A stretch of 64,000 nucleotides of DNA, taken from the human T2T-CHM13v2.0 reference genome, Homo sapiens. The position numbers and the translations under genes were made by a program. The stretch lies in NCBI RefSeq assembly GCF_009914755.1, contig NC_060926.1. One strand, written 5' to 3'. Within the stretch, counting starts at the first letter, position 1. Every line of letters starts with the position of its first letter. Below the pieces are notes generated by a model. The model worked only from the letters and a program-made list of their open reading frames with translations, was not told the origin of the DNA and did not search any database. Of this stretch, positions 56,214-64,000 are shown one piece after another.

Positions 56214-58490
56214 TGTTATGGGATCCTTGTGGTGTCGCTTCGCCTGCTGGAAACCTCTGTGGCCAGTGGTGCCTTTGCCCAAGTTTTGTTCTGGCCTGCT
56301 GGGCTTGTTCCACCCAGTTGGCCCAGCAGGCTGCACTCAGCTCATGCTACTGGCCTGGATCCCATGCCTGCCAAGGGCAAGCCAGGCGTGGAGTAATGAA
56401 GGGTATGTGAGTGAGCGTGGGGTCTAGCCACCGCACATAGCTGGGCATGCCAGCTGCTGCTGTGGGGCAAGCAACTCCAGGTGCTGGTGTGGGTGCTGGC
56501 TCCCTGCAAGGCTGCATCTGGACTAGGTGCACCACAAGCAGCTTCCATAGCTGGCACTGGCAAATGCTCTGGGGCCTGGAAGCTTGCAGACTCCAGAAGC
56601 TGCAGGGCTCCAAAGAGGGAGTCACAGCCCTGGCTCAGGGAACACCCAGGCCTGGGATCCCCAAAGGGCCGCAGCTCTTCTCTCCCTCTTTTTGCCTGCA
56701 ATGTGGCGAGCAGGGGCATGTTTCAGCCCTGTTTGTGTTACAGCTCTTTTAGCCCTGCCATTCAGTGGGTCCTGAGTTCTTGTCCTATGTCCAGGAAGAA
56801 TGAGGTATGCAGGCAAGTGGAGGGTGAGCGAGATGAAGAGGAGTTTTATTAAGCAATAGAACAGCTCAGAGGAGAACCACAGTAGGTAGCTCCTCTCTGT
56901 AGCCAAGGTGTCACAATGAGTGGTCAGCTCTCGCAGAGAGGGTAGCTCCCCTCTGTAGTCAGGTAAATCCGAGGAGTGTTCAGCTCTCAGCAGAGAGGGT
57001 AGGTCCTCTCTGCAGGCAGGTCATCCTGTCACCTCTTCAGTTCTCAGCACAGAGGTAGCACCTCTCTGCAGGCAGGTCATCCTGTTGTCTCTGCAGCTGT
57101 CAGCAGAGAGGAGGCCCTGGAGTGGGTGAATCCTCTCTTCAGGCAGGTCATCTTGTCATCTCTTCAGCTCTCAGCACAGAGGTAGTGTCTCTCTGCAGGC
57201 AGGTTGTCCTGTCATCTCTGCAGCTCTCAGCAGAGAGGAGGCCCTGGAGTAGATGGATCCTCTCTGCAGGCAGGTCATCCCTTCATCTCTCTGTCTTCTC
57301 CCCATCATCTCTCCATCCTCTCTTTGACTCTGGCTGAGTCTGGTGTTTTTATAGGTCTCAGAGAGGAGGAAGTGTGTGCTGATTGGTCCATGGGCAGCCA
57401 TTGGCAGGCCCAAGAAAAAGCACCACAAGTTCTCCCTTGGGTCCTCAGGACTGGCGGCCCAGCCCCCAGGCTTCAGGCCCTCCCCGGCTTGAAAGTGGGG
57501 CTTCACCAGGTACCCACCCACTTCTACTCAGGAGCCTGTCTGCCTCCTGTCACTGTTCGTGGCGCTCAGGCTTTTCATGCCAAGGGGCACCTTTAGGCCA
57601 GCACTGGGCTTTCTCCAGCCCCCCAACTCAGCCTCCCTCCTGTGTTTGTCAATGCCCTAAGTCCAGACGGGGCCGAGGCAGCAGGGGGCTGGCGTGTCAG
57701 TGCTTCCCCGAGTGTGTGCACACCTGGCTGGGCTGTGACAGCACCTGAGCTTGGCCCCGCCTTTGCTCCAAGATTGGAGCAGGTGCTGGCAGCAGGGAGA
57801 AGCCAGGCAGTGGAAGCAGGCATTTCCTGTCCTGCAGGGGAAGGGGGCATGCCTTCTCAGGCCTCTGAGAGTGCAGAGATGCTTGGATCTGCAGCCACAG
57901 CTTGGGCAGCTGCCGCTGTGCCTGGGATGGTGGGGCTCCTGCCTGCTTCTGGCTCCTGAGAGCACAGGGGTGCCCTGGTTGCTGCTGCAGCTTGGGTGGC
58001 TGCAGTTGCCTCTGGGGTGCTCTGCCCTGCCAACTCGGAAAGGGCGGGGCTCTTGCTTGTTCCCAGCTCCTGTGTGCTCCATGGAGTGCACAGTCCTGGC
58101 CACACCTCCTTCCTACATTTTCCCTGTAGCAGCAGTGGATGAGGTGCAGGTTGGGCAGCGACCCCAGCCAACTCCTGCACAAATGAACCTGATGCTCCAG
58201 GGGCAGCCCTGTGAGTCCCAGCTGTGCCTGTGGCTGGGTGCTCATGGGTTCCTGGGATGCAGCAGGGAGCAAGGCTGAGGCCCTGGTGGAGACTACAGGC
58301 CTGGGAGTGGGTCCTGCCCAGCTGTATGAGAGTGGGGTTGGTACAGTTGGCCGTCTTGGGGACACAGGGCACAAGGGCCCACTGCTGCCACTGCTGCCCC
58401 TGAAGCCACTCCTGATGCCACCACTGGCATCTCCCCACTGCAGGCAGCATGATGGCAGCAACCCCTCCAGAAGTCCCACCGCCACCATCA
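56214..58490 (-). mobile_element. ERV1 solo LTR, MER52 family (~2.3 kb, GC-rich, internal tandem repeats at about 56880-57290)
   Basis: TG...CA termini with perfect 4-bp TSD ATTG at 56210-56213 and 58491-58494. Confidence 0.88.
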
Positions 58491-58829
58491 ATTGGTTGAC
58501 TGCCTTGCATACTTTCTCTTACAAAGCCAGGTTTTTAAAAGCTGAAATTTCTAAAATCAATAAAAGTGTTAGTTGAAAAGCGAAGTCTCAAAATTACATA
58601 TACACATAGTTTATTAAATAGTTAATATAGGCAAATTAAGATTTAAAATGGAATAAAATTTAAAGTAATATGTAGGCATTAGTACTGTGTGATTCTTGTA
58701 TTAATCTGTGTGCAAACAAATGCTTATATAGCATTTACTTTTTAATTCATTCAAAATGAAGTTAAACACGTTAGAAAGAGTTGTTACTACAGGGTATTCA
58801 AAAATGGGAAAGTATCTACCCTAGAACTT

Positions 58830-58970
58830 TGTTTTTTTACTTTTTTTTTCAAGAGTAGAGACAGGGTTTCACCATGTTGCTCAGGCTGGTCTCAAACTCC
58901 TGGGCTCAAGCCATTCTCCCACGTCAGCCTCCCAAAGTGCTGGGATTACATGAGCCACCATGCCTGGCCT
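58830..58970 (-). mobile_element. Alu monomer (FLAM-like)
   Basis: Antisense left monomer; degenerate TSD CCTA(G/C)AACTTTG. Confidence 0.85.
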
Positions 58971-59869
58971 AACCTACAACTTTGAAAAGAATGCTCTCAG
59001 GTAGCCATTTACCTCCTGTTAGATAAAAGGGCTGGGGAGAGTGTTTGCAAGACGTTTGTTCTTCAGATTCTAAAAATATGTCCTTTAGTCAAGGTTGGGG
59101 TATTCACTCTTCTTGGAAGATTAATAATTAGGCTGTACCTAGTTACCATAAAAATATTCTGATCAGCTGTTTTTATTCATTGCATTCAATTAATTGATAT
59201 GCATTCAAAATACTTATCAATTAATCACTACATGCCAGGCAATATTTTAGTTGCTGACCTCCTTGAGCTGATATTCTTACCAAATAGCTTTATCTATTTA
59301 TGATGTTTATCACATTATAAATATGTCATAATGATATTATGACATTAATATGTGAGATAATAGGAATAGAGTCAAGGGTCAGTGGCCAGTGGTGTTCTCT
59401 TGGCAAGGCTAGACAGGGAAGTCCTTGCTAATAAAATGGCACTGGAGCAGAAACCTAAAGGAAGAGAATGAGCCATGTTGACATCTGGGGAAAAAGCATG
59501 CTAGACAGAGGAAACTGCAAGTGCACGGCCCTGAGGCATGAGTCTGCCTGAGGAGCATCAAGATCAGTATGGCAAAAGCACAGTGGGCATGGGAGATGGG
59601 GAGAAAAAGGGCCTGAGGGTGAGATGAAAGTAGCAGTGGAGTGGTGGAGTAGTGAGCCATCAGAGCCAATTGGCCTACTGGTTCCATCATTTGACCTATG
59701 AGCAGCACTTGATGTCAATAGTCCCTCCCTTCCTCCTTGCAGCATTTCACTTTACTTCCTAGTTTCCCTCTGTCTCACTTGTCTGTCCCTTTGCTGGCTT
59801 CATCTCTGGAGATAGAGTGACTCAGAGCTCAGTCCTTGGACCTCTTTTTATCTACTTAATCCTGTGTTT

Positions 59870-60800
59870 CAAGAAGTCTCAAACTTTTTAATATAAACCA
59901 ATGAAAATGATGATTCTCCTGCAATGATTGGTGTTATTGCTGGACATGTTATAAAATTTAAATTCAAAACCAAAATATTTTGTAAGAATATAATGCATCT
60001 GAGTGTTACAGTTACCAGGAATGATCTCTCCTTAAAATAAAACATGAAGAGCACTATGAATGTATCAGTATAAACAAAATATGGCCCCATTGCTTAATCC
60101 CTACACAGTTCTATGCACTCCTTAATCAATTGGCTAAACAAGTTGTAGCAGCAGTTGACTTAGTCCTGCCAAATGTTGAAAGGATTTTTTGAAATGTCAA
60201 TTTTAAAAACATCCAATTTTTTTAAAACCTCCCTTGGACAACCAGGAAGATTGGATGAAAGACTTGGTTTTTTGATTGACATTGTAACTCATCACATTTT
60301 GACCATACCCTTTCATGGGTATTCATAAGTGGTTATATAAACACATTGTGTAATCCACTCATTCCTAGTGAAATTGTTTCTTGAGGGAAATCAACTGGCA
60401 AATAATTTGACCCATTTTGCTACACTGAAGTCAGTTTCCAAAAATAGAAATCATGGTATGAAGTACATTTGTGAGGCTGAGGACTAAATTTCAAAAAATT
60501 ATCTGATTTCAAACTTTATGAAAATGAGTTAAGACTATTCTTTTTACCATCTAACTTAATACTGACAGTGTGGAAAAATTGCTACAAGAAGTTACTAAAC
60601 AGTTGTTAAAGGAGATCACAAAAAAGAAACAAAGTTATTTTAGAAGAGCAGAATTTTATAAATATCTTAAGAGTGGTTAGCCTAGATATGAAAATCATTG
60701 TGCAAAGATTGTATCCATATTTGGAAGTACCTATACTTATTATCAGCTGTTTTCACTATGTATAAAAATAAATCTCTCTCCTACGTAAAGGATTGAAGGC
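59870..60800 (+). mobile_element. Charlie8-like hAT transposase fossil
   Basis: Frameshifted translations RSLKLFNI, SPAMIG, DWMKDLVF, QLANNLTHFATLK, SDFKLYENEL and EFYKYL..PRYENHCAKIVSIFGSTY are colinear with the recalled GTF2IRD2 Charlie8-derived domain. Confidence 0.85.
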
Positions 60801-62104
60801 TCAACTCTGTGTTGTAAACTGAATAAGAAACACAAGACCTGACAGTGATAGCTTGGTGAGGAAGAAAATGTGTGAGGTTTTAGCTTCAAATAGAAGAAAT
60901 AACAAGTTTAAAAAAGACAATGTCGTTTAACAGGGAAGCATTTCTGTGTCTTTCCAGATAACGACAATCACCCTTAGCCTTGGGAGAGATTCGGATCTGT
61001 TACAGAAGCCACGTGAGAGTGAGAGGAAGATAATATTCCAACTCTGACATTCTTTAAGCTTGACAGCAAGGCTTACAATCCAGTCACTGGTGGGAGGGAA
61101 AGGGTTTCCTGTTTTCAGACCTGGAAATTCAGATGGTGGAGCTCATGTAAAGAAGATGCTCCAGCTGGGATGCCAGGTGATGAGGCCAGAAGGGGGTGGT
61201 GGTGACAGAAACCTGCCCCTCCTTGTTCTGGTGCTATGGGAAAATCAGGGAGAGAGAATCAGGAGGGACAGAAAAAACCCTAGGCCAATCCAATAACAAT
61301 GTGTCGTGCTCGAGCCTCTGAGCCATGGTGTGGAGAGTGGGAAGCTAGATAACTTGGAGACAGAGTGGCTTTCCCTGCTTACAGTTTGAGATTCTGGAGG
61401 AGACGAGGCTCCATGTCAATGTAGGGTGAACCAGCCCAGCCAAGACAGCTGCTGGGTGTGACCAGGAAGAGAGTAGCTCTGATTTAAACTCCAAGCCTCT
61501 TTGTTTCAGATTGAAAGGCAGAGGGTTTATCATTGCCCCTGCCATTGGGAGGAGTGGGTTGCCCCACAGCAGACATTGGAGGGAGACCGACTGGCTCTGT
61601 GGGACTACATGGACTTGGAAGAGATTTTGGTCAATAGCCAGGCAATAGCTAAGGGTAGGCCTGATTAGCATGAGATGCCAGTCTCTCCCACACCCTGTCC
61701 CCCTCCCCCAACACTTACTGTTTTGTAGAGAAGAGGCCATGCGTGCATCACCTGAAAGGCAGGAGTAGATGCCAGCAGAAAGCCCAGGGACACCATCAGC
61801 CAATTATACTCCAGCAGACGTAACACCAGATACTGTGCTGCTTGGGATAGCAATGATGGAAGAATGGATGTTATATGACTTCTCCTGGCTCAAAGTCACT
61901 TGAGCATTTTCCTCAAAAATCTGATATTTAATCATTGTTATTGGATTGGCCTAAGGTTTGAAATGGATTGAATATTAAATATTTTTCCCTTGCTGAAACC
62001 CAAAGGTTGGAGTCTTGGGGGAAACACCTGCTCTCTTATATCAGTTTTAAAAAGAAATGACACTTTTCTGTATGTATATAGGTTGTGTAAAAAAAATAAT
62101 CCTT

Positions 62105-62437
62105 GGCTGGGTGCGGTGGCTCACACCTGTAATCCCAGCACTTTGTGGGGCCGAGGTGGGCAGATCACCTGAGGTCAGAAGTTCGAGACCAGCCTGACCA
62201 ACATGGTGAAATCCTGTCTCTACTAAAAAAAAAAAAAAAGAAAAAAAAAAAGAAAAAAAAAAAATTAGCAGGGCATGGTGGTGCATAACTGTAATCCCAG
62301 CTACTTGGGAGGTTGTGGCAGGAGAATCAATCACTTGAACCCAGGAGATGGAGGTTGCAGTGAGCCGAGATCACGCCATTGCACTCCAGCCTGGGCAACA
62401 AGAGCAAAACTGCGTCAAAACAAACAAAACAAAAAAA
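62105..62437 (+). mobile_element. Alu (AluSq/Sp-like) with expanded ~40-nt central A linker
   Basis: Dimeric Alu with GCAACAAGAGCAAAAC 3' variant. Confidence 0.93.
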
Positions 62438-63300
62438 CCACAACCTCTCGCAGCATTCAGGATAACTAAATATTTAATTTTTCAATCTGTGTTCCATTTC
62501 ACTGGCAAAATAAAATTTGCTATGTTATATAAATATGTGTGAGATTATGTGCTCGTGCCATAGTTCCATAAAAATAAGGCAAGTCTGGTTATGCCTTTCG
62601 TCAGGTGATTTTTCTTTCATCGAGTCTGTTTTATTCCTGTTTGTCACTGCCTTGGCCTCTGGAGGCATTTGGGGTTTATGCATTTCTGCATTTAAGGAAA
62701 TCAAATACCTCGTCAGGAACTCCTTGACATTGTGAAGGGAATAAGAAGGGAGGAGAGCAAAGAAAATTCACACACAAAACTCACCCAACAAAATGATTTG
62801 TTAGTAATTTCAAAGAAAATGGACATGAATCCAGTAAAAAAAAAATGCATAGAAGTAGGCTTGTAAAGAATGGGTCTGCCACATTCTATGGCAGTTTGTA
62901 GGACAGAAAAACACCATATAGTTCCTCATAAAAGAAAGCCTGAGCTACATTAGGGGGGCTTCTTTATCTTTCCTTTCTCTTATTTTCCATCCTTGCTTCC
63001 GTCAATAAATGTGTGCTGGGTTCAGTGCTAGACACTGGGATTTCACAAGGAATGAGACAGGAGTGATGGCACCTCACAGTATTTAGTCACTAGGGAAGGA
63101 GAAACAGAGAAAAGCCAGTAAAGACATACATAAAGTAAAATAATTTCAAAGTGCACTAAGTCCTCCCTAAAAGGGAAACAGGATGTTGAAATGAAACATA
63201 ACGGGAGCTTGGGAGGGCGGTCAGGGGAGGAGTCTGCTTTGGATATAGCAGGCAAAGAAAGTCTTGCTGAGGAACTGATACAGGAGCTGAGACTTGAACG

Positions 63301-63413
63301 TAGGTAATCAACTTGTCCCAGTTTGATCAGGACTTTCTTGGTTTTAAAATGAAAAGTCCTGCATCCCCGGAGTCCCTTTAGTCCCAGGCAAACCAGGATG
63401 GTTGGTCACCCTA
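63301..63413. mobile_element. MER96-type hAT MITE nested in an L2 fragment
   Basis: Terminal inverted similarity TAGGTAATCAAC / GTTGGTCACCCTA. Confidence 0.6.
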
Positions 63414-64000
63414 CTTGAAAGATGAGAAAGAACCAACATTACACAGAGTAGGGGAGCAAGTACCCCAGAAAGAGGGACTCATATGTACGAAGGTTTAGGG
63501 GTGAGAGATAGCTTGGCATGGCCAAGGAACCAAAGGATTGGTGTAAGGGAGGAGGCTAAAGGAACGTGCTGAGGTGGAAGAGACAGGTGGGGACCATGCC
63601 ACATGTGGAGGCTCCAGTAAATATCTCTGGTTTTATTTGAGACACATTGAGAAACCATTGACAGTTTTCATGTAGGGAGTGACATGATCACATTGGATGC
63701 TATTTGGAGAATAGATAGAAGGAATCAAGATTAGAAGCAATGTTGGGATGATATGGTAGTAGTCCAGGTGAGAAGTGAAATTGATGAGGTAGAATGCACA
63801 GAACTTGCGTGGATGTCTCATGGGTTTCTGGTTCAAGCAGTGGAATTCACAGTTTAAAGCAATGGAGAAAATTGGAGGAAGAAGAGGTAATTTCTTCCCA
63901 ATCTCCACCCCTTCTATAGATGAGTTATACATCGGAGACCACAGGTTTTTAGAAGATGTAATTCTTTACAAAGAGACATTCATTCTAGTATTTCAAATTG

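Noticed and set aside
56059-58576. Cluster of long overlapping ORFs (up to 264 aa) on both strands
   Set aside because: Almost entirely inside a GC-rich, TSD-bounded MER52 LTR; stop-poor composition, no recognisable protein
60958-61050. Good plus-strand acceptor followed by a cadherin-like DNDNHP
   Set aside because: Immediately followed by stops, with no other cadherin motifs

Overview
Primate (most likely human) genomic DNA. The first 22 kb holds the 3' part of PLEK (pleckstrin, + strand): coding exons 2-9 with GT-AG boundaries splice in frame to residues 15-350 (PH-DEP-PH), followed by a ~1.6 kb 3'UTR. Exon 1 lies upstream of the window. The remaining ~42 kb is repeat-rich intergenic DNA: two full-length decayed L1PA elements head-to-head, Alus, a FAM, L2/MIR, Tigger1, THE1, MER21, two MER52-group solo LTRs, hAT MITEs and a Charlie8-like transposase fossil. 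There are no prokaryotic-type systems such as CRISPR or operons. Two observations stand out. (1) The two inverted L1s have different ends and separate target sites, but their middles are homogenised, with perfectly identical 349-bp and 106-bp tracts and shared frameshifts. This points to repeated gene conversion across a ~13.6 kb inverted repeat ~280 bp past the PLEK poly(A) site. (2) A series of minus-strand exon-like segments (a transmembrane exon, phase-compatible following exons, and a Cys-rich ZPBP/Eph-like exon between the two L1s) may be an unannotated decayed gene; this is a hypothesis. Repeat subfamily names come from recalled consensus features and need RepeatMasker/Dfam confirmation.
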